A program made the position numbers and the translations under genes. Source: Octopus sinensis (lineage: Eukaryota). From it: a stretch of 64,000 nucleotides of DNA. A model generated the notes under the pieces. It was not told the origin of the DNA, searched no databases, and worked only from the letters and a program-made list of their open reading frames with translations. Where the stretch lies: NCBI RefSeq assembly GCF_006345805.1, contig NC_043007.1:248001-312000 (forward strand). The letters run 5' to 3'. Shown here piece by piece: positions 52,155-64,000 of the stretch (its first letter is position 1; the number at the start of each line of letters is the position of its first letter).

Positions 52155-52867
52155 ATTAGTTTACGTATCAATAACTTGGCGGTTCTGCACGAGAAACGTT
52201 TGAAACGTCGATTGCCCCAGCTAAGCCATTAAGGTAGTCCTTCCGCATTGCCGCAGTCCAGTGACTAAAACAAGTGAAACAACGAAAGAATTCGGATAAT
52301 ATAAATTAGAACATGGTTTATTCACTCGATTGCAACGTAGCATATCCTCCATATTTTATGACAGGCAGGAATGTAGAAACAAAACTATTTTGCGCCACTT
52401 CTCAGCAAAAAATCCACTGAGCACTTTGGAGGAGTTACCAACTAAACAGAATATTCGCGCACACATAATTTTAAAATACCCTGTGTTCAATCATACGGTT
52501 TGGCTAATAACAATAATCAGTGCAGATACGTAAATTTCTATATAGAATATATGCGATATTATTTCTTTTTTTTTTTTTGAAAACTTGACCATAATTTATG
52601 TTTCATTTATTTGGTGCATTAACTGTGTAAATTATAGTTTCATATTTAAGGTATCATTTAAACGGTTGCTCAATTGGAACCGCCTCAAGATTTATACCTG
52701 CAATGATAAAAATGGCTGCTGTAGATTAGGTAACAAGAAATGCTATTAAACATTTATGCGAAGAGCACACATTGCACAAACATACATACAAACATGCATA
52801 TATATATATATGTACATACGTGCATACACACACATGTATGTATAAATGTTTGTATATAAATACACAC

Positions 52868-52903
<36 letters not shown>

Positions 52904-52950
52904 ATACAAACATTACAGAAATATAATGTTTATTTATGTATCTCTATGTT

Positions 52951-52999
<49 letters not shown>

Positions 53000-53114
53000 A
53001 TATATATATATATATATGTGGGGGGGTGAATGTGTGTGCGTGTGAGTGTGTGTTTGTATATATAACATATATATAATGATTATGTATCTCTCTCTGTTTC
53101 TATCTCTCTCTCTC

Positions 53115-53197
<83 letters not shown>

Positions 53198-53718
53198 GCA
53201 TATCTGTAGATGTATTCTGAAACATGGCATATTTGTTCTTCAGCCATATTGCCATAACGATTGGTGAGGCTGAAATCATACAGGAAAATTAATTAAGCAA
53301 TCTTTGCTATCCATTATGCAAATAGCTTCTGTGCCCATCTCCGCACTCCTGTATCATTTCGAAGCGGGATATATATATTTGCAATTTTAATATTTATAAT
53401 TAGTCTTAAAACATACATTTAGCCTTCGGATATTCTTTGGAATATTTCATTTTCGATTTAGTATGCAGCATTATTTGAATATCTGATATAATAATAACAT
53501 TTATTGTAATAATAGCAGTTTCATCGATATGGACGGTGCTACATTGCCATGGAACCAAGAATTCAGAAATGAAACACCTCTATACCTTTGCGGGTGTTTA
53601 TTTGTATAGAGGGAACAATTATTGTATAGCATCTATGAGAGCAGCTAAAGTCTGGGGGCAGTTTGCTATGAATATATTAATACAGTACATCTCGCTGCCT
53701 TTAGCGAGCGGGTATTGA

Positions 53719-53900
53719 GTCGTATTTCGTCTGCCATTACGTTCTGAGTTCAAATTCCGCCGAGGTCGACTTTGCCTTTCATCTTTCGGAGTCGATAAAT
53801 TAAGTACCGGTTATGTACTGGGGTTGATATAATCGACTTAATCCGTTTGTCTGTCCTTGTTTGTCCTCTGTGTTTAGCCCTTTGTGGGTAGTAAAGAAAT
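53719..53900 (+). mobile_element. 5'-truncated SINE family B
   Basis: Body and T2 tail, flanked by GGGTATTGAG on both sides. Confidence 0.8.
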
Positions 53901-55801
53901 GGGTATTGAGAGAGAGAGAGAGAGGGAGTGAGAGAGAGAGAGAGAGAGAGTGACTGAGTGAGAGAGAGAGACAGACAGTCAGAGAGAAAGAAAAAGAGTG
54001 ACTTCCTCTCAGGAGAGATATCTCATAGACTCAAGAATTAGAACGGTAGTAAGTGTTGAACCAACAACTGCTGCAATTGAATCTGGGCAGAATGGTGATA
54101 CTTTTAATCAACTGAGAACTTTGGCTAGAAGACCCAACATGGTACTCAATAAATGGAGCAGAGAGACTTCACTGACATTACAGGATTTACCGATTAATCA
54201 AAGAAGGAAATACAGCGCTCTGAACCCTGCTGATTTAAAAGGCCGCTGATACTGTCAGGATGAAAGGAAGGAAGGAGATAAGAAGTTATTCTAAATCTGT
54301 GACTAGGTGCGCATGCTTGTAACAGAGTTGCTTTCCACGAAAGGCAACTAAAAATAAAGTGGTGGGTGGTAAACCAGAGGACGGATTATGTTTATCAATC
54401 GAAAACTCAGAATGCAGAAATAGCCGAAAGAACCGTAAGACATCTAATCCAACTATATAGAAATTGAATTAACATTACACCTTCATTCATTACTGCTCTG
54501 TTTTTTATTGAGCCCGAAAGGGTCAAAGATAAAGATGACCAAGTGAGATTTGAACCAGTGTGCAGTAATTAAAACGAATACCGCAGAGCACTTTGCTCTA
54601 TTTACAGACAATCCTGCCGGTCGCCAGAAAGCAAGGTACATGCAATTCTTCTACCCTTGTGATGTACAATGGAGAGTGGAATGGCTTTACGAAATTTACC
54701 TGAATGCAAAGTGGATTCGATAGAAAGAGACTTCGTGGAATTCCAATTTCAGTTTTTACATCGTCTTTTAAATTGTCCAGGAATTCGTGTCCAAGTTTTC
54801 TATATTTTGTTTTTATATCTCGCCGTCTCCCCATCTAGCCCCCACCCGCCCTATTTCCTGTTCTCCGCCTCTTTTAATTCTCGCCTACTGTCGCAACCAC
54901 TTCCACTAATTCAGGAGTTTATTTCTCTATTAGTTAATTAATTATTACATAATTGCTTCGGTGATCAATATTTAATTAACTTTCCTCTCTAAGCTTACCA
55001 TAAGAATCATACGCATCACTTTCCTTTATTAACGAATAAAGCCAATAAATCCACCACCTAGCTTCATGCCATCACCCCCACCATTACTACTACTACTACC
55101 ACTACTACTACTACTTACTAGTTGCGTGTTGTCTTCCTATTTTTAGGTAGAATTATTAGAGCTCCGAATATAAAGCGTGACTATGTAAACTGCGTTCTTA
55201 GTTACATGTTCAGCCGAGAACTGATGGAATATTTTATTGGATATACTCAGCCTCTCTAATCCATGGCATCGTGCCTGCTCTAAAATTCATAGCTGATACC
55301 ATTCTGACGGCGAACCGCAGAATTGGTTGGGTGACAGACCAACGGTTTTGGCAATATATAGTTCTTGTACATTGTGAGATTAAGTCACACAAGAGATTAC
55401 GTATAATGTCCAGTCGATGATGTTATCGACGAAATAACTTAAAGCGAATGCCATGTCTTGGGAAGGGCTCTGGACTGGCAGAATCATTGGAATATTTCTT
55501 CGGGTTTGACATTGCGAGTTCAAATTCCACCGCGGTCACCTTTGCCTTGCGTCATTTCGGGGTCGATAAAATAAACACCAATGAAGCACTGGAGTCGGTG
55601 CCATCGACCACTTCGCCAACATTTGGAATTATTATGAATGTCCATGGCTTAGTGGCTAGGGATTGAGCTAACGTACAGCACACATATTTTGATCACTATA
55701 AACAAAATTTGAAAACGCATATGTCACCATCGACGGAAGAGTCTGTCATCATCATCATCATCATCATCATCATTATTATTTTATGTTTGACTTTTGCTTT
55801 A

Positions 55802-56066
55802 CATTTGAACTCAGAACGTAAAGACAGACGAAATACCTATTTCTTTACTACCCACAAGGGGCTAAACATAGAGAGGACAAAGAAGGACAGACAAACGGAT
55901 TAAGTCGATTATATCGACCCCAGTGCGTAACTGGTACTTATTTAATCGACCCCGAAATGATGAAAAGCAAAGTCGACCTCGACGGAATTTGAATTCAGAA
56001 CGTAGCGGCAGACGAAATACCGGTAAGCATTTCGCCCGGTATGCTAACGTTTCTGCCAGTTCACCA

Positions 56067-56070
<4 letters not shown>
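55802..56070 (-). mobile_element. SINE family B monomer plus the start of a second unit
   Basis: The second unit stops after GTTCTGAGTTCAAAT and switches to unrelated sequence. Confidence 0.85.
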
Positions 56071-56125
<55 letters not shown>

Positions 56126-56132
<7 letters not shown>

Positions 56133-59100
56133 CAAACAACAGTAACTGAAGATCTCGCATTTGCTGAAGAACACAGAGAGTCTATGGCAGAAATGAGGCA
56201 GAAAATCCTGAATACACTTGAAGTTGTAAGACATACAAGTATGAATGATAGAGAACCACTTCATAAACTCTCAAATACAAACCAAAATAAAAAACAAATC
56301 CAAATTGGCAACTATGTAACAAATGAAATAATACGAGAATTAAAACCTGATTTTACTGAGTTAAATGAAATTATTTACGCTTCTGCTAGGGCAATTGAAA
56401 CCAGCTGTATGCCCCCGAAAAAACAAAGAAAACCAAACCTGGGAAGAAATCAAACCTGGAGAAGTAAAATTGAAAAAGAGATTGAATTTATGAGAGGGGA
56501 AATATCAATATTAAATGAATTAATATGTGGAAATGATGTAAGATCCAGAACAGGAAGAAAGATGAAGAGAAAATTTGGATCCTCACCAAGAGAAGAACTG
56601 ATATCAATAAAAGAAACGCTGAAACAAAAAGTCCAAGCAAAAGCCCAAAGAATACGAAGATTTGAGAAGAGAAACAAGTTTTACAAGCAAAATAAGCTGT
56701 TCACATCCAATGCCAAAAAATTCTACAGAGAAATAGGGAAGGAGAAAGTAACCGTTAAAGACCCCCCTCCCATGGAAGAAGTTCAAAACTTTTGGAAAAG
56801 TATTTGGAGTGACAAGAAGACGTACAGCATAAATGCAGACTGGATTATACAAACTGAAGGATCCTACCAAAATTACAACAACAAGCATGGGAAGACATCA
56901 CAATAGCAGACCTAAGAAAGGCACTCACGAAGGCCCATAATTGGAAATCCCCCGGTAAAGATAGGGTGCCGAATTTCTGGCTCGCATCGCTCCCATGCGC
57001 ACACGGTAAGCTAGTTCAGCTGCTCAATGGAATTATGAGAGACCCAAAGAAAATACCTGAGTGGTTAGCAAGTGGCATTACTTACCTACTCCCAAAGAAT
57101 AACGAAACCAACCTTCCAAAAAACTATCGGCCTATAACCTGTCTATCCACCACGTATAAAATCCTAACATCTATCCTGGCGGAGAAAACATATGCATTCA
57201 TGGAGAAGAACGATATTTTCCCCATTGAACAAAAAGGGTGCCGCCGAGGCTCTTACGGATGCAAAGATCAACTGCTAATCAATCGTATGATCCTTGAGAA
57301 CTGTCATAACAAGCGCAGAAATCTCAGCACCGCATGGATTGACTATAAAAAGGCCTTCGACAATATACCGCATCCATGGATCTTGAGATCGCTGGACATC
57401 TTCAAAATTTCCCCTGTGATTTCAAACTTCCTGAAGCACAATATGTCGTTGTGGAATACGAATCTCCAATTATACCACTCTAATGGAGTACTTGCCTCAG
57501 AAAATATAAACATCAACTGTGGAATTTTTCAAGGTGACTCACTCTCACCTTTAATATTCTGCATAGCCCTAATACCCCTTACAAGTGAATTGAACAGAAC
57601 AGGGTATGGGTATAAAATTGCCAATAAAAAAATAAGCCATCTATTTTATATGGATGACATAAAACTTTATGGTAAAGTCAATAATGAACTTGAAGGCCTA
57701 TTGCGCACTGTGAAAGCATTCAGCGATGACATGGGGATGGAGTTTGGACTTGAGAAGTGTGCCAAGGCCACTTTCCAGGAAGGGAAAGTGAAGACCACAA
57801 ATTCAATCGTGTTAGATGTTGACACAGTCATAAGAGAGCTTGAGCAAGAACAAACATACAAATATTTAGGGATAAATGAAGGCTCTGGTATTCAGCATGC
57901 AAGCATGAAAGAGAAGATCAGGAAGGAATGTTATAGGAGAGTTCGTGCAGTCCTGAAATCTGAACTAAATGCACGTAACAAGGTGTTTGCTATAAATTCC
58001 TTAGCAGTTCCAGTTGTTACTTATAGCTACAATGTGTTGAACTGGAATATGAGTGAAGTAAAAAATATAGATAGGAAAATACGCAAGCTGCTGAGTTGTA
58101 ATAGGATGCACCACCCAAAGGCAGACGTAGATCGCCTTTACCTTCCCAGAGCCCAAGGAGGTCGAGGCCTGATCCAATTTGAACTAGCTTACAAAACAAC
58201 CACAATTGGACTGGCCAAATATCTCGAAATATCGAATGCCTGGATGCTAAAGCTCGTGGAAAATCACGAGAGACGAAAGAAGCTTCATTCTATCATAAAG
58301 GAAAGCAAAAAATTTGCTATTGATCTCGTGCAGGATACCCAAACAGAACAACCCGAGGGAAGTACGGCAATTATTGTTGCAAAGAAGGTGAAAATAATGG
58401 CAACGGAAAAAGCGCACGAGCAATTGGCTGATAGGTGGGAGGAGAAACCTCTGCACGGCAAATATGTGACCCGCAGCAAACAAGTTGATGTTGACCAGAA
58501 GCAAACCCATCAGTGGCTACGGAGCTCAGGGCTAAAAGCAGAGAGCGAAGGTTTCATCCTGGCTGCTCAAGATCAAAGCCTATTAACCCGGAACTACCAG
58601 GCCAATGTGATGAAAAATGGAGCAGACCCAAAATGCCGATTCTGCAACGACATGATTGAAACAGTGGACCACCTAATCTCTGGATGTAAAGTCTTAGCTC
58701 CAGTGGAGCATAAATTAAGACATGACAGAGTTGGCCAATATCTACACTGGCTAATAAGTCGGCATTACAATATCAAAACTGCCGACAAGTGGTATAATCA
58801 CCAACCTGAGGCTGTAACTGAAGGAGAAAATGTAACCATTCTGTGGGACTTTCCAATACATACAGACCGAACCATCAAGGCCAATAAACCAGATATTGTT
58901 GTGAAAGACCAAAACAATAAAGTTTGCTTATTGATCGACATGAGCATCCCCTGTGATCATAATATCTCAGCGAAAGAGTTTGACAAGCTCAGAAAATATA
59001 AAGACCTACTCATTGAAATTGAGAAAATGTAGCATCTCAAGGCGGTTACAATACCAGTGATCGTAGGAGCACTAGGAATGATCAAGAAGGGAACCGAAAA

Positions 59101-59376
59101 TTATATGAGAATGATCCCTGGCTTACCATCCCTGCAAGAAGTGCAAAATATTGTCTTAACTGGTACATCACACGTATTGAGAAGAGCATTGTCGATGTGA
59201 GAACTGTTGCTGCTCATGTATTTTAATTTAACTTAAAAAAAAAAAGAAAAAAAAATGAACGAACTATTGAGTTTGGTTTAATGGCCTACCAATGTATACT
59301 ATGAGTTTCTTTGCCCTAGGAGTCGGGAAGACACTCGGTAAGAAATGGAAGCAAATTTGAAAGAAGAAAAAAAAAG
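56126..59376 (+). mobile_element. R4/Dong-clade non-LTR retrotransposon (RLE-type LINE), 5'-truncated, inserted in an (AAT)n microsatellite
   Basis: Single long ORF with RT motifs, a CCHC knuckle and a PD-(D/E)xK endonuclease. The 3' UTR (59201-59376) ends in an A-rich stretch running into (TAA)n. The 5' junction abuts (AAT)n at 56071-56125, and the frame is open right up to the junction. TAA-repeat targeting is an established property of Dong elements. Confidence 0.9.
56127..59200 (+). pseudogene. Disrupted RT-endonuclease polyprotein of the R4/Dong element
   Basis: ORFs 56184-56906 and 56966-59032 join through a 1-bp deletion near 56872-56875 (restored frame reads QQQAWEDITIADLRKALTKAHNWKSPGKDRVPNFWL). 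Motifs: KNYRPITCL, WIDYKKAFD, GIFQGDSLSP, LFYMDD, CRFC..ETVDHLISGC, KPDIVV..LIDMSIP. The TAG at 59030-59032 sits where W is expected, and the frame continues HLKAVTIPVIVGALG...RRALSM to TGA at 59198-59200. Confidence 0.9.
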
Positions 59377-59499
59377 TAATAATAATAATAATGCAAAATA
59401 CTCTCTATGTAATCCCAAGGTTTAAAATAAACTTTTTTTTAAAAAATTTATTTATTAGACATTCATAGTACAACACCAAAAAAACCCCAAATATATGGC

Positions 59500-59607
59500 A
59501 CACTAGGCAATAACAACAACGTGAACTTCCAACCTGTTGTCTCTTGAGGTCTCTGGGTGAGACTTGGAGCCAACTTGTACAAACATAAAGCAAAAGTCAA
59601 ACATAGA
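59500..59607 (+). mobile_element. Probable 3' end of a second R4/Dong-like family, tailing into (AAT)n
   Basis: GAGGTCTCTGGGTGAGACTTGG resembles the main element's 3' UTR motif (CCTAGGAGTCGGGAAGACACTCGG) and is followed by (AAT)n at 59607-59680. The terminal 20 bp recur exactly at 55782-55801 on the minus strand. The family assignment is inference. Confidence 0.5.
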
Positions 59608-60309
59608 ATAATAATAATAGTAATAATAATAATAATAAAAATAATAATAAAAAAAGAATAAATAATAATAGTAATAATGCGTTTATGATATTCTTTCTTT
59701 ATTCGATATATTTATTTTGTGCTGTGTTTAGTTCATTAATTCTTAAGCGTATGCAAATCTGTCCTAGCTGTGTCTTATATCTCGTTTATTACATAACAAT
59801 ATGTTACCAGTGTTTATTGAATTTTCCCCAATAACTTTTTTCGAAGCCAATTTTTGTTTGACTGACTCCTTATTCCATATATAACAAATGTTAATATTGA
59901 TTTTAGTTTTTGGCACCTGGCCAGCAATTTTGGCGGGAGGGAGAAATCGATTGCATCGGCTCAGTGTTCATATTATATCGACTCCGATAGGATAAAAACA
60001 AGGTCTTCCTCGGCGGAATTTGAACTCACAACGTAAGGACGGACGAAATGCCGCTATGCATTTTACCCAGCGTGCTCACCGCCTTATAACAAAAATTCAT
60101 ATTTATGTTATTTTCGCCTTAATACATTAGGTAGTGCAACTTTCAATAACTCCATATTCTTTTATGCAAACGGCATACTTCAGAAATTTTCCAATGCCAT
60201 TATTTGAAATTACTTGGATCTCTTCTAGTCAACCTATGGTCTCGAAATTTCCTGTTAACCGTATTTCGCTAATGAGACCAAACGATGACTGATTTTTAGC
60301 TACCAATAA

Positions 60310-60690
60310 TCTTTTCTGCTCTAAGCACATGGCCCGAAATTTTGGGAGAGGGGGCCAGTCGATTGATTCCAGTACGCAACTGGAATTTATCGATACCGAA
60401 AGGATGAAAGATAAAGTCGAACTCGGTGGAATTTGAACTCAGAACGTAAAGACAAGCGAAATACCTATTTCTTTCCTACCCACAAGGGGCTAAACACAGA
60501 GAGGACAAACAAGAACAGACAAACGGATTAAGTCGATAATATCGACTCCAGTGCGTAACTGGTACGTATTTAATCGAACCCGAAAGGAATAAAAACAAAG
60601 TCGACCTCGGCGAAATTTGAACACAAACACAAACGAAATACCGCTGAGCATTTCGCCCGGTGTGCTAACGTTTCTTATTTCTTTATTGAG
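60310..60690 (-). mobile_element. SINE family B mixed dimer (T2-tailed unit followed by a T1-tailed unit)
   Basis: Same AAATAGGTATTTC junction, but the second unit ends in the T1 tail. Confidence 0.75.
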
Positions 60691-60734
60691 CAGGGGGTGG
60701 TTGGAGAACAGGGGGTGGTGGAGAGCTGGGGGTA

Positions 60735-60830
60735 TTTTGCTCAAGAACACAACGCGTCGCCCGGTCCAGGAATCGAAACCACAATCTTACGATCATGATG
60801 CTGACACCCTAACCACTAAGCCAGGCACCT
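60735..60830 (-). mobile_element. SINE family C-related tRNA head fragment
   Basis: The minus strand reads GGAGGTGCCTGGCTTAGTGGTTAGGG...GGTTTCGATTCCTGGACCGGGCG. Confidence 0.6.
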
Positions 60831-61139
60831 CCACTTTGTTAAATTTTGAGCAGTTTAAATTTATTCCATTTGATATTTCGACACGTAAAGTTTCTTAATC
60901 ATAGCATTCATTATACATTTAGTATATAATTGTTATCTTTGTTACCGTTCTAATGTGTACCGTTATTCAATGACACGACTAAGAAACATTTTGAAAAGAC
61001 GTTGGCGAGTATAGACACTTCGTTTTTCCACTTAGCTTCCATTGAGGAAGTCACTTAATGGTAACTGAGCAGTTACCTACATGAGCATTTGGGGCCTATT
61101 TTTTTTATTCTTCTCAAATATTAGGCGTAGGAATGGCAC

Positions 61140-61153
61140 ACACACACACACAT

Positions 61154-61201
<48 letters not shown>

Positions 61202-61360
61202 GACGGGCTTCTTTCAGTTTCCGTCCACCAAATCCACTCACAAGGCTTTGGTCGGCCCGAGGCTATAGTAGAAGACACTTGCCCAAGGTGCCACGCAGTG
61301 GGACTAAACCCGGAACCATGTGGTTGGTAAAAAAGCTACTTACCACATAGCCACTTCTCC
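61140..61360 (-). mobile_element. SINE family A, 5' half
   Basis: Head, CORE-like segment and microsatellite. Confidence 0.75.
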
Positions 61361-62073
61361 GCCTATATATATATATATATATGCAAACATTAAAAGAAAG
61401 AGAGATGTTTAGAAATAGTATATAAGAGGTATTATAATGAGGCACATCATATTTCTGCTATCAATTGGATGCAGATATTTTATTTTAAATGAAGAATTCG
61501 TAGATACAAGTAAAAATCCGTGATCAAATACATTCTTCAAAGAGTAAATGTTTATTAAAACATAAGAAATACATTTTATGTACAGAAATATTTATGTTAA
61601 TAATAATATAAATATAATAAATATACTTACATTTAAATATTTTCCCATGTATAAATCTTCAAACATAGTCTCGGAGAGACTAATATTAGTAATATTAAAT
61701 ATGGAATATTATTTATTATCAATAGCAAACTAATAATTATTATTAATATTGGTTTCACTTTTTTGCAGAAAGCCAGCAATTTTGTGAGAGGGGGATTATC
61801 GATTACATCAACTCCAGTACTCAACCGATAATTATTTTATCGATCCCGTGAAATGGAAGGCAAAGTTGACCTCTGTGATATTTTGAAATCAGAGCGTAAA
61901 GAAGGATGGAATGCTGTTATGTGTTTTACCATACTTTCTAACGATTCTTCCAACTCGCCGCTTTGTAATTATTCTTGATATTAATATTAGAACGAATCAT
62001 GTATAATTGGTGGGTTAATATTAAACCCTAGTTTAGTCTTTGTGTCTATATGTATAAATGTATTTATTTATAT

Positions 62074-62291
62074 ATACGTGAGGATGCTGAAAAGTTCTTC
62101 GCTTCACGGGCATCGCGAAAGGTCTAGTTGGAGGTCCAACCGTTCGAGTTCTTTTAGAGGGCTTTGAAAAACTGAAGGACCGATGCAATAAATTTATGAG
62201 TCTGAGAGGAGAATATGTTGAATAAGATCATAATTAACTGAACCTCCTGTATTTTCTTTTATCCATAGTCGTGATGTTTTCAAAACCCCAT
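62074..62291 (+). mobile_element. Internally deleted mariner element
   Basis: 5' TIR-like TACGTGAGGATGCTGAAAAGTTC. Internal translation FFLEGFEKLKDRCNKFMSLRGEYVE* matches a mariner transposase C-terminus. The 3' TIR is degenerate. Confidence 0.7.
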
Positions 62292-62323
62292 ATATATATA
62301 TATATGTATATATATACATATAT

Positions 62324-62541
62324 TCTTTTATTATTTCATTTGTTTGTCATTTGACTGCGACCATGCTGGAGCACCGCCTTTAGTCGAGCAAATCGATCCC
62401 AGGACTTATTCTTTGTAAGCCTAGTACTTATTCTAGCGTTCTCTCTTGCCGAACCGCTATGTGACGGGGACGTAAACACACCAGCATCGATTGTCAAGAG
62501 ATGTTGGTGGGGACAAACACAGACTCACAAACATATACATG

Positions 62542-62612
<71 letters not shown>

Positions 62613-62718
62613 GATGGGCTTCTTTCAGTTACCTTCTACCAAATCCCAAGACACTTGCCCAAGGTGCCACGCAGTGGGACTGAACCCGGAATCATGTGAT
62701 TGGCAAGGAAGTTACTTA
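62324..62718 (-). mobile_element. SINE family A, near full length with internal deletion
   Basis: 3' module, microsatellite and partial head. Confidence 0.75.
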
Positions 62719-62810
<92 letters not shown>

Positions 62811-63867
62811 TTTTGGCAATAAATTTTGGGGTATATCTCGGAGTACTTTATACCCGTTCCCTCTTTTAGTATCTATACTATTCTTGGGTTCTTGGTTCCG
62901 CCCTGCACTAGTCGGCTTTCGTGCTCATTCTTTTAACACACTTCTTCCCCCACTGATATACTCCCTTACAAAATCTACCATTTTCTTATTATTGACGTTG
63001 CATTGACTTTACTTTACTTATAACTAGTTCTCGGTAAAATTATTTTCGTTTGCAGACAATATGTCTGTTTTGTTACATGAAGTGTTGTCGTTTTTTTCTT
63101 CCTTATAACAATTGATTATTTGCGATTTAGCGAGGATCACTCATCGTCGGCGGTCTTTCAATACGAGTACATTTTTTTTTTATTAAAGTCTTGTATTTCT
63201 TCAGTAGTAATTACCTCTCTCTCTCTCTTTCTCTTTTTCCTTCTTGCGGTACATCAAAATGCTAAAAATAGTATTCTCAAGAAAAACCAATAATATTATT
63301 CACATAAATATAACAATAAAATTTAGGTAAATCCACACACGACAACACCAATAACTTCGTAAACACAACACGAAAACACCAAAAAAAAAAAAAATTACAA
63401 AGGAAAAAAAAAACCCAGCTGCATCTTGTTCCTCCTAAGTGAATATGCTTTATTTTGTGTTTTATAAAGAAACAACTTCTCTGCGTAGCATTATGGAATA
63501 AAATAAATTACCCTCAAAAGAGAAATAGTAGAGCGTGGGCCTCAAAACCAATTTTATATTCAATATAATACGGCGCCAATCATATCCATTCTCAAGTGCT
63601 ATCTAATTTGGAGAGCGAGTTTACAGAATTAGAACATGGAAAGTTGCCAGTGAAGAGCATGTAATTGTATTCCTCTCTAGTGTTAGAGAGAGAAAACCGC
63701 GAAAAGAGAGATTAATAAGTTGCTGGTTTCAACGAAAATGGCTATGCACGTATGTCTGTATGTATGTGCGTATGTACGTATATGTATATGCGCATGTCAG
63801 TGCACTCACTCACACACACACACATATATATGTATGTGTATATATATACATATACATATATATATAC

Positions 63868-63903
<36 letters not shown>

Positions 63904-64000
63904 GTAATATATATATATATGTATATATTATATATATGTATGTGTGTATATATATACATATATTTATGTATGTATGTATGTATATATATATATATGTATG

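Noticed and set aside
54607-54640. 28-nt AG/GT-bounded exon-like segment
   Set aside because: It lies within a decayed minus-strand family B SINE head.
63115-63152. Minus-strand CCGACGA-T-GAG..CTC resembling a hammerhead start
   Set aside because: GAAA and stem III are absent.

Overview
AT-rich, microsatellite-saturated, repeat-dominated eukaryotic DNA. The SINE and LINE families and the repeat landscape suggest an octopus/coleoid cephalopod genome (inference, no database check). I could not identify any host protein-coding exon, so the window looks intronic or intergenic, and almost all ORF-track entries are microsatellite translations. The one large coding feature is a 5'-truncated, nearly intact R4/Dong-clade non-LTR retrotransposon (RT, CCHC and restriction-like endonuclease; one frameshift, one premature stop) at about 56.1-59.4 kb, sitting in an (AAT)n tract. 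The rest consists of three tRNA-derived SINE families (here A, B and C; more than 30 copies or fragments), decayed CR1-, RTE- and NeSL/HERO-like LINEs, hAT, pogo and mariner MITEs, and non-autonomous Helitrons. The most interesting signals are: (1) four clear and two weaker type I hammerhead-ribozyme motifs in short non-coding elements of several families; (2) a SINE dimer flanked by a 176-bp direct repeat; (3) recurrent head-less SINE multimers joined at microhomologies; (4) modular SINEs with swapped, strongly structured 3' parts; and (5) several unexplained fold-back structures. Repeat boundaries were read by eye and are approximate unless a TSD or TIR is quoted.
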